Assembly: GCA_047651235.1 (NCBI GenBank)
Contig: CP178758.1
Coordinates: forward strand, 3,150,001-3,182,000
Reading direction: 5' to 3'
DNA from: Candidatus Electrothrix yaqonensis
GTDB taxonomy: Bacteria > Desulfobacterota > Desulfobulbia > Desulfobulbales > Desulfobulbaceae
Length of the DNA: 32,000 bases
This document shows, piece by piece, positions 24,388 to 32,000 of the stretch (the first letter of the stretch is position 1; every line of letters begins with the position of its first letter). Under the pieces are notes generated by a model. It was not told the DNA's origin. It saw only the letters and a program-made list of their open reading frames with translations, and did no database searches. Position numbers and translations under genes: made by a program.

Positions 24388-24753
24388 AACTGCCCCCTGG
24401 TATGAAAAATTATTGTTTAAGGGCCCCGTCAGCAGAACAGGAACCTGTATTGCCTTCTGACCGTGCTCACGTGCATCTTTTTTATACAAACAACATTATA
24501 AAGCAGCTATCCGTTTTCCGCGGAAAAATCGATGGTGTTCCTGTCGGCATACTTTGGCCACGGTTCAAAAAACTATCTGAAAGTTTAAAAAATTTTATAT
24601 ATTTATCCAAAATATTACCCATTCTTTCAATATATATTTTTTTCTGAAAGTTAAAAGACAAAAATAAAGAAAAAAGAAAAAAAGACAGAGATGGAAAATC
24701 GACCAGCTGTTCTGTCTGCCAGTTTTCGGCATGAAACAGGAGAAAAACGAATC

Positions 24754-24769
24754 AGGCACCGAACCTGCA
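24754..24769 (+). promoter_or_regulatory. Candidate sigma54 (-24/-12) promoter element
   Basis: AGGCAC-cgaac-CTGCA compared with the consensus TGGCAC-N5-TTGCA. GG and GC are correctly spaced. It lies ~210 nt upstream of ATG 24978. Sequence match only. Confidence 0.3.
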
Positions 24770-24977
24770 GGCTGTATCAAAAATGTATCAAAAAAACAGA
24801 AACAAAAGGATAAATTGCTTTTGACCTGTCTTCTTTTATAGTAATATAGAAAATATTCCGTAAGTAGATAGGAGTTACACCGGACAACAAGGAATACTTC
24901 GGACATACTTCCGCTCATCATCACCGATGATCTAAACAAAAAAAATAGTCATTTCAGCACCCGGGAATTTTTTTATT

Positions 24978-27215
24978 ATGGCCAAAAAAACAGCTCCTCC
25001 GAAAGCCTCCCTTAAACGAACCGTCAAAGATCAGTCCGGGGCTGGCAAGCTTAAAATCGGTGAACTTCTGCAGAAGGCCGGATACATCACTGCGGCCGAG
25101 TTTAATCATGCCAAGGATATCAACAAGAAGACCGGGGAACGGCTGGGTAAAATCCTGCTCGAAAAAGGTATTATTGAACGGGACACCATACCTAATTTCC
25201 TGACTAGACTGCATAACTACACCCTGGTCAACATTGCCGAGGAGCCTCCGGGACAGGATGCGCTTAAGCTCCTTCCTTACGAAACCGCCAAGCAGTACCT
25301 TGCCTTCCCGCTCAGAATTGCCGGTGATACGCTGCAGCTCACTATGGCCGAACCCACCGATGCTCTGGAGGTGGAGGAACTGCAGAATACGGTCAAAATG
25401 GGCCTTGATGTCTGCGTATCAACCGCTAAAGATATCATAGATGCCTACAGAACCTACTATAAAATCGATGATGAAGAGTATAAGTCCTTTTTCGCCGAGG
25501 ATGATGACCAGGATGTTCATGTCGAACAGGTTGAAGACTGGGGTGCCTTGGTTTCCGATGTTGCCGACGAATTCGAGTTCGAAGAAAGCGGTGAAGATGA
25601 TGATGGTGTTTCCGGACAGTTTTCTGCTAATGATGCCCCGATCATCAAGCTGGTCAACGGTATTCTGGTCAAGGCTGTACAGGACGGGGTCAGCGATATC
25701 CATATTGAACCCTTTGAAAGCTCGATGCAGGTACGTTACCGCAAGGACGGTTCCCTGTTCAAGTCCATGAACCTGCCCCTGACGATTAAAAATGCTCTGG
25801 TCGCCCGCATGAAGATCCTAGCTGATCTCAACATCACCGAACGCCGGGTGCCCCAGGACGGACGTATCAGAATCCGGCTGGGCCGGAAAAAGGCGGTGGA
25901 TTTCCGTGTCTCCACCCTGCCGCTGCTCCACGGTGAAGGCATTGTTCTCCGTATTCTGGATAAGGGGTCGCTGAATGTTGATCTGACCAAACTGGGTTTT
26001 GAACCGGAAACGTTTGAGATCCTGAAAAAATGTCTTTCCAGTCCGCAGGGGCTGCTCCTGGTTACCGGACCGACCGGTTCAGGTAAAACCGTTACCCTGT
26101 ATTCTGCTCTCAACTCGCTGAACAGCGAGGATATCAAGATCCTCACTGCCGAGGATCCGGTGGAGTTCAACTTCAAGGGTATTAATCAGGTCAATGTCAA
26201 CGTTGAAGTGGGTATGACCTTTCCCGCCGCCCTGAAAGCCTTCCTCCGGCAGGATCCGGACATCATCATGGTCGGTGAGATCCGCGATATCAGTACAGCG
26301 GAAATCGCCATGAAGGCGGCCATGACCGGCCATCTGGTTTTCAGTACCCTGCATACCAATGACTCACCGTCAACGGTCGGCCGTATGGTGGACATTGGTA
26401 TTCCTCCTTATCTGCTGGCTTCCTCTCTGACTATGGTCCTGGCCCAGCGGCTCGGCAGACGGCTCTGCGCCAAGTGCAAACAGCCGGTCACCATTGAACG
26501 GCAGGAGCTGCGCAATATCGGTTTTACCGAAGAGCAGATTGATACAGAGGGATTTCAGATCTACGGGCCTAAAGGCTGTGCGACGTGCAACGGACTGGGC
26601 TACAAGGGCCGGGTCGGTTTCTTCGAGTTGCTGGAGGTTACGGAAGACGTTGCCCAGGCTATTCAGGCTGAAGTGTCAGAAGAGCAGCTGCGTAAGGTCG
26701 CTGTTCAGTCCGGTATGGTTCCCCTGCGTCAGGCAGCCATTAAAAAGGCCATTCAGGGAATCACCAGTATAGACGAGGTACTCCGCCGGACAGTCGCCCA
26801 TGAGGATACCATGCCTGCCTACCTTGTCAATCCGGATATAGAAGAATACGAAGACGGGGATATTATTATTCAGGAAGGCAATGAGGATGATAAGAATTTC
26901 TACAAGCTGGTCAGAGGCAAGGTCGGTGTCCTGAAGCAGGGGAAAAAAATCGCCGAGATAACCGAGCCGGGAGAGTATTTCGGCGAAATGGCCTGCATTA
27001 TGAACGAGGCCAGATATGCCTCGGTTATTTCCCTCGGACGCTGCAAAATAAAACGGTATCCCGGTGAAAAACTAACTGAACTTATTGAAAAGTATCCTGA
27101 AATTTCGAGAAAACTGTTCAGGACTATGGCAAAGCGGCTGCGTAAAACCGACAATATTGTTATTCAGCTTGCCGGAGGCAAAAGGGGACCGGGACCAGGA
27201 CCGCGACCGCGATAA
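24978..27215 (+). CDS. PilB/MshE/GspE-family ATPase with an N-terminal MshEN-like tandem motif and a C-terminal cyclic-nucleotide-binding domain
   Basis: 745 aa. Core motifs are Walker A GPTGSGKTVT, DPDIIMVGEIRD, TGHLVFSTLHTND and CAKC...CATC. The N-terminus is KIGELLQKAGYITAAEFNHAKDIN-KKTGE-RLGKILLEKGIIERDTIPNFLTRL. The C-terminus is CAP_ED-like (DIIIQEGNEDDKNFYKLVRGKVGV...GEYFGEMACIMNEARYASV). The tail is GPGPGPRPR. Confidence 0.9.
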   Translation: MAKKTAPPKASLKRTVKDQSGAGKLKIGELLQKAGYITAAEFNHAKDINKKTGERLGKILLEKGIIERDTIPNFLTRLHNYTLVNIAEEPPGQDALKLLPYETAKQYLAFPLRIAGDTLQLTMAEPTDALEVEELQNTVKMGLDVCVSTAKDIIDAYRTYYKIDDEEYKSFFAEDDDQDVHVEQVEDWGALVSDVADEFEFEESGEDDDGVSGQFSANDAPIIKLVNGILVKAVQDGVSDIHIEPFESSMQVRYRKDGSLFKSMNLPLTIKNALVARMKILADLNITERRVPQDGRIRIRLGRKKAVDFRVSTLPLLHGEGIVLRILDKGSLNVDLTKLGFEPETFEILKKCLSSPQGLLLVTGPTGSGKTVTLYSALNSLNSEDIKILTAEDPVEFNFKGINQVNVNVEVGMTFPAALKAFLRQDPDIIMVGEIRDISTAEIAMKAAMTGHLVFSTLHTNDSPSTVGRMVDIGIPPYLLASSLTMVLAQRLGRRLCAKCKQPVTIERQELRNIGFTEEQIDTEGFQIYGPKGCATCNGLGYKGRVGFFELLEVTEDVAQAIQAEVSEEQLRKVAVQSGMVPLRQAAIKKAIQGITSIDEVLRRTVAHEDTMPAYLVNPDIEEYEDGDIIIQEGNEDDKNFYKLVRGKVGVLKQGKKIAEITEPGEYFGEMACIMNEARYASVISLGRCKIKRYPGEKLTELIEKYPEISRKLFRTMAKRLRKTDNIVIQLAGGKRGPGPGPRPR

Positions 27216-27219
27216 GTAA

Positions 27220-28011
27220 ATGAGTAAAATATCCGTCTATATTATAGCCCGGAATGAAGCCGATAAGATTCGGCCTGCCATCAACTCCGTCCTTTGGGCA
27301 GATGAGATCATTCTGGCGGATTCCTTCAGTGAGGATGATACCGCCGTTATTGCAGAAAGCATGGGGGCCAAGGTTATCCAGCTTGATTTCCGTGGGTTCG
27401 GTGACCTGAGAAACCGGGCTATGGCTGCCTGCTCATATGACTGGATCTTTTCCTTGGATGCGGACGAGCGTTGCACGCCCGAAGCCAGAGATGAAATTCT
27501 GGCAACTGTTGCCCTGCCTGATCCGGCTGATGCCTATTATATCCCGCGCCGAAATTACTTCATGGGCCGCTGGATCAGGCACTCAGGATTCTATCCGGAT
27601 TACCGGCAGCCTCAGCTGTTCAGAAAAGGTGCTCTAAAATTCAAGACCGATGATCCGGTGCATGAGGAGTATACAATCCACACGGATAAACCGGTGGGAT
27701 ATCTCCGCCAGCCCATCTGGCAGTTCCCCTATAAAAATCTCGAAGAAGTAGCCCGCAAGGCCAACCGCTACTCTACTCTCGGTGCAAAAAAACTCCGACA
27801 ACGCGGGCGAAAAGGCGGCATGGGCACAGCCCTCAGTCGGGGCCTGTGGTCCTTTTTTCACATGTACATTCTGAAAAAGGGCATCCTCGACGGCTGGCCC
27901 GGTCTGGTGATTGCTGTTGGCAACTTTGAGGGAACCTGGTATAAGTACGCAAAACTCCATGAATTGGAAAGCGACTGGCAACCACCGGATTCCCCACCCC
28001 TGAAAAAATAA
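27220..28011 (+). CDS. Family 2 glycosyltransferase (LPS core WaaE/KdtX-like)
   Basis: ISVYIIARNEADKI...ADSFSEDDT...SLDADE (DxD), then YYIPRRNYFMGRWIRHSGFYPDYQ-type C-terminal region. It starts 5 nt after the ATPase stop. Confidence 0.85.
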   Translation: MSKISVYIIARNEADKIRPAINSVLWADEIILADSFSEDDTAVIAESMGAKVIQLDFRGFGDLRNRAMAACSYDWIFSLDADERCTPEARDEILATVALPDPADAYYIPRRNYFMGRWIRHSGFYPDYRQPQLFRKGALKFKTDDPVHEEYTIHTDKPVGYLRQPIWQFPYKNLEEVARKANRYSTLGAKKLRQRGRKGGMGTALSRGLWSFFHMYILKKGILDGWPGLVIAVGNFEGTWYKYAKLHELESDWQPPDSPPLKK

Positions 28012-28059
28012 ATAATGAACTGCTCTGCTTCTCTGTGCCTGAAAACTCTGCCGCAGGCG

Positions 28060-28854
28060 CTACAGATAGGCATTGACTCCCCGTGTACACCAGGTCCGCT
28101 TTTGTTCAATGGTTTCCTGAAGCAGCCGATCGTTTTCCGCTAAGTGACTGCGGTCGTTCCTCGGATGATACAGGTGATATGCCAGGGCATTGAACTTCAC
28201 ATCTCTGCGCATCAGACCGTAATTCAGCAATCTTGCGGTGAATTCAGAATCTTCTCTTCCCCAACCGGTAAAATCCTCGTTAAATCCGTTCACTGCAATG
28301 GCATCCCGGCGCCAGAAGGCAAAATTACAGGTTCTGACTCCGCCCATTCCTCTGTTCTTAAAAGAGACCAGACGGGACAGAAAAGCCGAGCGTAGGCAGT
28401 TTTTTCTGTTCTCAATACTTTCTTTGCACAGCGTTTTGGGCATTCTTTTGGTTGCCAGCACTTCTCTGGACAAATTTTCTCTCAGCAAAACTCTGGTTCC
28501 CTGGACAAAACATCCGTCCTGGGCAAACTGTGCATGATCAGCGATAAAATGCTGTTCCATAATAATATCCCCGTCAATGAGGACAATATAGTCACCGGTT
28601 GTTTTGGCAAGGGCCTTGTTCCTGCTGGCTGACAGCCTGAAGCCCTTATCTTCCTGCCAGGAATGAATCACCGGAACAGATGTTTCAGCAGCAATTCCGG
28701 CGATCATCTCAGCCGTGTCCCGCCTTGAACCGTCGTCGGCAACGATAATTTCAACCGGTTTTCGTGTCTGACGCAGCCCGCTGTTCAGCGACAGTTCCAG
28801 AGCTTCTTTCCAGTTATAGGTTGTTATAATCAGGCTTATACTGACGGACATCAA
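28060..28854 (-). CDS. Family 2 glycosyltransferase (galactosyl/glucosyltransferase-like)
   Basis: ISLIITTYNWKEALELSL...IIVADDGS...VLIDGD, and a C-terminal NGFNEDFTGWGREDSEF motif. Confidence 0.85.
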   Translation of the reverse strand: MMSVSISLIITTYNWKEALELSLNSGLRQTRKPVEIIVADDGSRRDTAEMIAGIAAETSVPVIHSWQEDKGFRLSASRNKALAKTTGDYIVLIDGDIIMEQHFIADHAQFAQDGCFVQGTRVLLRENLSREVLATKRMPKTLCKESIENRKNCLRSAFLSRLVSFKNRGMGGVRTCNFAFWRRDAIAVNGFNEDFTGWGREDSEFTARLLNYGLMRRDVKFNALAYHLYHPRNDRSHLAENDRLLQETIEQKRTWCTRGVNAYL

Positions 28855-29951
28855 GTGCTCTCCCGGACAGGCCGCTGCTGCAGTAATGTTTCTGCTGCGT
28901 CATACACCATCTGCACGGAAATTTCCCGCATACAGGAGCGATGACTGCAGCTGCGTTTTCTGCACTCAAGGCAGTCAAGATGTTCTGCCCGGACAATCCG
29001 GTGCACTGTGCCGTGCGGACCGACTCTGGCTGGATGGGTCGGTCCGAACAGAGCAACCACCGGAATACGGGCCAGAGCGGCCATGTGCATGGGCCCGGAA
29101 TCCAGCCCGATATACAGAGCGGAGCGCTGCAGCAGGGCAGCAGCTCCGAGCAGAGAAAGCCGCCCGGTCGCACTGATCAGAGGTGTCCGCATTAACTTCC
29201 CGATGGATTCCACGTACCTGCTATCCTGGGGGCTTCCGCAGAAAACCATAATTATTCCAATCTTATACAAGCTATCCGCCAAGCTTGCCCAGTGCTCAAC
29301 CGGCCAGAACTTGCTCTGCCAGCGGGCAGCTGCATTGGCATAAACAATTTTCCTATATTCCCGGATTCCCTGTTCACCCAGAAAGGCATCTGCCTCTCGA
29401 CGGGCTTCCCGACCGGTACTGAGATAGAAATCCTCCTCCCTTACAGGACAACCGAGCAGATTGCAGAAAAGGAGATTCTTTTCCTGGGCATGCTGAACAG
29501 CAACAGGAACCGTGATCAAAATATTCTGAAAAAAGGTGTTCAGTTCTCTGGCATCTCTGAAGCCGATCCGGATACCGCCCGGATTTGTCTGCCCCAGTAG
29601 TCCGCTGCGGAACGAGGCATGTAGGTCCAGAATCAGATCATACGGCTGCCGCCTGAACTGCTGACGCAGGTTGTTCAGAACGCCGACAGTGGCCTGCAGA
29701 GCCTGCAACCAGCTCAAGCGGCTAGCCTGCGGTTCACTGGTTGAAGGTATATGTATAGGATATACCGCATCAATACTGTCATTCTCCTCCAGGAGCGGGA
29801 CAAAGGCCTGCTGGACAATCCAGCCGATGGAGCAGTCCGGAAAACAGCGTTTCAGGGCGTGAACCAGCGGCAGGGTATGGACGATATCGCCCAACGAGCT
29901 GGGCTTGATAATCAGAATGCGTTTACCACTGCAGTCTATGGAATGTTCCAC
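28851..29951 (-). CDS. Family 9 glycosyltransferase (ADP-heptose:LPS heptosyltransferase-like)
   Basis: KRILIIKPSSLGDIVHTLPLVHALKRCFPD...IGLDSGPMHMAAALARIPVVALFGPT is the GT9 pattern. Its stop overlaps the next gene's start (ATGA). Confidence 0.85.
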   Translation of the reverse strand: MEHSIDCSGKRILIIKPSSLGDIVHTLPLVHALKRCFPDCSIGWIVQQAFVPLLEENDSIDAVYPIHIPSTSEPQASRLSWLQALQATVGVLNNLRQQFRRQPYDLILDLHASFRSGLLGQTNPGGIRIGFRDARELNTFFQNILITVPVAVQHAQEKNLLFCNLLGCPVREEDFYLSTGREARREADAFLGEQGIREYRKIVYANAAARWQSKFWPVEHWASLADSLYKIGIIMVFCGSPQDSRYVESIGKLMRTPLISATGRLSLLGAAALLQRSALYIGLDSGPMHMAALARIPVVALFGPTHPARVGPHGTVHRIVRAEHLDCLECRKRSCSHRSCMREISVQMVYDAAETLLQQRPVREST

Positions 29952-29971
29952 CGGACAAATAGCTCCTCTTG

Positions 29972-31033
29972 TTACGACGACAGTTTCTTCAACAGAGCAA
30001 TATGGCGGGTAACACTGAGATGGTGCTGTTCAATAAAGCCCGGAGCAACCCTTCTGCGCTGCAGCCGACTGATGACTGCTGCAAGCGTATCTGGATGATT
30101 GTTTTCAATAACTACCCCCTCTTCCTCGGTCAACAGCTCGGAAACTCCGGCAGAACGGGTCACCACCACCGGGGTGCCGCAATGCAGGGACTCTGCCACG
30201 ACCAAGCCGAACGGTTCATACCGGGCCGGGAGGATTGTGTAGTCTACAGCGGAATATAACGCGGAGAGATTGGCAACATAACCGAGATACCGGACATGTT
30301 CGGGAGCAGCAGGAAAACCGCGTAAAGGTTCTCCGGCAACCAGTAGCTCAAAGCGCTGCGGATCAAGACGGGAAAAAGCGGTCAGCAGTTCATTCAGCCC
30401 TTTCCGTCTGTGACCGGTCGAGGGAAAGAGCAGAGTCAGTTTTTCTGCGGAAATATGGTAGTCTGATCTCGCCCGCAGCAGCTCTTCTCCTTCAGGACGG
30501 ATAAAAAAGTCCGTATCAACCGGAGGATAGATAAGGGAGATTTTTTCAGGATCGATCTGCGGGTAATAGGTTGTAATTTCCTTGGCCAGTTCCTTGGAAT
30601 GTACCACTACCCGACCGGTTTTCATTAACATGGCCTGTTCAAAGTCGGTCTCCAGCCGGTCGTGCAGGCACCGTAAAGGATGATTCGGACCGGAACGGAC
30701 CCTGACCGAGGCCGGATGCACCCCGCCGATCACCGCAATCTGCGGACCATAAGTTCGGGTCAGGGCTAGGGAAAGATCATAGTCTGTCCGCATAAAAGAA
30801 CGGTTGCACTGCCGAAGAAAATAATACTTCTTCCAACGGCGGGGCAGAAAAAACAGCTTGGATGTATGCACGGTACACGGCAAACCGGCGGCGAGATTCC
30901 TGTCCACCTCATAGGTGTAAATATGCACCTTATCGCCCGTTGCTGCAAAACCACGAATCAAAGCCAGCAGATAGGCCTCCATACCGCCGCCGCTGCAGAG
31001 CTGATTATGCACTATGGCAATTTTCATCCGCAC
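29972..31033 (-). CDS. Family 4 (GT-B, Glycos_transf_1) glycosyltransferase
   Basis: MKIAIVHNQLCSGGGME N-terminus and a C-terminal EPFGLVVAESLHCGTPVV motif (E-x7-E type). The start may be ATG 31027 rather than 31033. Confidence 0.85.
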   Translation of the reverse strand: MRMKIAIVHNQLCSGGGMEAYLLALIRGFAATGDKVHIYTYEVDRNLAAGLPCTVHTSKLFFLPRRWKKYYFLRQCNRSFMRTDYDLSLALTRTYGPQIAVIGGVHPASVRVRSGPNHPLRCLHDRLETDFEQAMLMKTGRVVVHSKELAKEITTYYPQIDPEKISLIYPPVDTDFFIRPEGEELLRARSDYHISAEKLTLLFPSTGHRRKGLNELLTAFSRLDPQRFELLVAGEPLRGFPAAPEHVRYLGYVANLSALYSAVDYTILPARYEPFGLVVAESLHCGTPVVVTRSAGVSELLTEEEGVVIENNHPDTLAAVISRLQRRRVAPGFIEQHHLSVTRHIALLKKLSS

Positions 31034-31898
31034 CCCGATCCGTACCGTGACTATATATCCGGGCTGTTGTCAGATACTTGATCATTTTTCTCTGCTGTGC
31101 CTCGTTGCGGGAGAATGCGGCCGGCCAGAGAAAAAGCAGCCGCCACCATGCCTGCAGCCGACGCCGCCGACATATCCGGGTGACCGTACTCTTGCTGTAA
31201 TGCTTCTGCAGGAAAAGCAGCTCAGAGGAAATTTTGCGCTGCGCCACTTCGGCATATGGAGTTGACACCTCGCTCTGGCCTTCCAGATGCATCACTGCGG
31301 CATCGGGGATAAGCCCCAGCTGCCATCCCTGCTTCCGGAGTTCCAGACAGAGATCAATATCTTCGGCATAGAGAAAAAAACGTTCATCAAAACCCTGCAC
31401 TGAAGCAACAGCCTCTCTGCGTGCCACCAGAGCCGCTCCCAGTAGCCAGGCAATATCCCCGGGCAGATCGTCAAATTGCCCCTGACTGTAATGCTCACCG
31501 GGATACCCCTGATCCACAGAATTATGCACGCTGCCGTCTCTGTTGAGAATGACCGACCCGGTCATACCAATCTCAGGATGACTGGTCATAAATGCACACG
31601 CTGCAGCAAGACAGCCCGGCTGCAGTTCCGTATCCGGATTGAGAAAAAAAAGCAGTTCCTCAGACGTTTTTGCAATGGCCTGATTATTTGCCGCAGCAAA
31701 ACCGAGGTTCTGCTTGTTGGCAATCAGTTGAACCTCCGGATAGCCGGACCGGACCAGCTCAATACTTCGGTCAGATGAGGCATTATCTACGACAATGACC
31801 CGCCGGTCAATCCCCTTCTGCCTTCGGATTGAATCCAGGCAGCGGATCAGAAGCGGATCGGTATTATAGTTGACTATGATAATACAGAGTTCAGCCAT
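31005..31898 (-). CDS. Family 2 glycosyltransferase (rhamnosyltransferase-like)
   Basis: CIIIVNYNTDPLLIRCLDSI...VVDNASSDRS...NLGFAAANNQ, and a DxD-type AEDIDL motif. Confidence 0.85.
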   Translation of the reverse strand: MAELCIIIVNYNTDPLLIRCLDSIRRQKGIDRRVIVVDNASSDRSIELVRSGYPEVQLIANKQNLGFAAANNQAIAKTSEELLFFLNPDTELQPGCLAAACAFMTSHPEIGMTGSVILNRDGSVHNSVDQGYPGEHYSQGQFDDLPGDIAWLLGAALVARREAVASVQGFDERFFLYAEDIDLCLELRKQGWQLGLIPDAAVMHLEGQSEVSTPYAEVAQRKISSELLFLQKHYSKSTVTRICRRRRLQAWWRLLFLWPAAFSRNEAQQRKMIKYLTTARIYSHGTDRGADENCHSA

Positions 31899-32000
31899 CA
31901 GTCAGGAGGCCCTCCCGTTTCCAGAGAGCAAAGATTTTGGTTCCCGGACAAACAGGACAGCAGAAAACAGAGAAAATAGAAACCCGGTTTCGTAGACCTT
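31891..32000 (-). CDS. Possible 3' end of an upstream minus-strand gene (partial)
   Basis: The minus-strand frame is open from the window edge (...CPVCPGTKIFALWKREGLLTDG*). Its TGA at 31891-31893 overlaps the ATG at 31898 by 8 nt. It is too short to assign. Confidence 0.3.
   Translation of the reverse strand, partial: GLRNRVSIFSVFCCPVCPGTKIFALWKREGLLTDG

Noticed and set aside
24821-24847. TTGACC ... TAATAT as a sigma70 promoter for the ATPase gene
   Set aside because: The spacer is only 15 nt for the best -10 hexamer, so the match is marginal and was not listed as a feature.
24595-24939. 114-aa minus-strand ORF in the AT-rich intergenic region
   Set aside because: Phe/Leu/Lys-rich translation of A/T runs, no RBS, no family resemblance. 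This is more likely regulatory DNA.

Overview
This is a chromosomal window of moderately high GC. It is probably from a sulfate-reducer-type deltaproteobacterium, but that is only an inference from DVU0298-like, CGGC and similar gene families. Almost all credible genes lie on the minus strand.

Layout, left to right:
- 1-3126: housekeeping genes. A partial ORF, a DUF1161 secreted protein, a thioredoxin-fold protein, cmk and hisC.
- 3283-4803: two decayed, abutting IS remnants. One is a frameshifted IS30-type transposase. The other is an internally deleted IS4-type element that still has 13-bp terminal inverted repeats.
- 4832-7480: a bamD-gspE/pilB-type ATPase operon.
- 7458-11051: a GC-mosaic toxin/defence island. 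It holds a MNT-HEPN pair, a DUF29 gene, and an AT-rich DUF262 -> HEPN-like -> MNT trio.
- 11062-13422: a zinc-ribbon/HEAT (DVU0298-like) gene, a TPR gene and a CGGC gene.
- 13746-19604: the most interesting locus. A 1157-aa CHAT protease / NB-ARC STAND ATPase / 40-aa-period TPR protein is translationally coupled to a 134-aa protein of unknown function. The last ~89 bp of that small gene recur twice more downstream as direct repeats. Together the three copies bracket two promoter-less toxin-type cassettes: a DUF6516/TumE-like pair and a frameshifted RhuM-Fic/DOC gene.
- 19714-24387: TauE, a 94-aa unknown protein, and a FecR-OmpA-CHASE2/HD-GYP signalling module.
- 24978-27215: a secretion/pilus ATPase with an N-terminal tandem MshEN-like (c-di-GMP type) motif and a C-terminal cNMP-binding domain.
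- 27220-32000: an LPS-core-type glycosyltransferase cluster.

No rRNA, tRNA or CRISPR array was recognised. All family assignments rest on motif recognition by eye and need HMM or BLAST confirmation.
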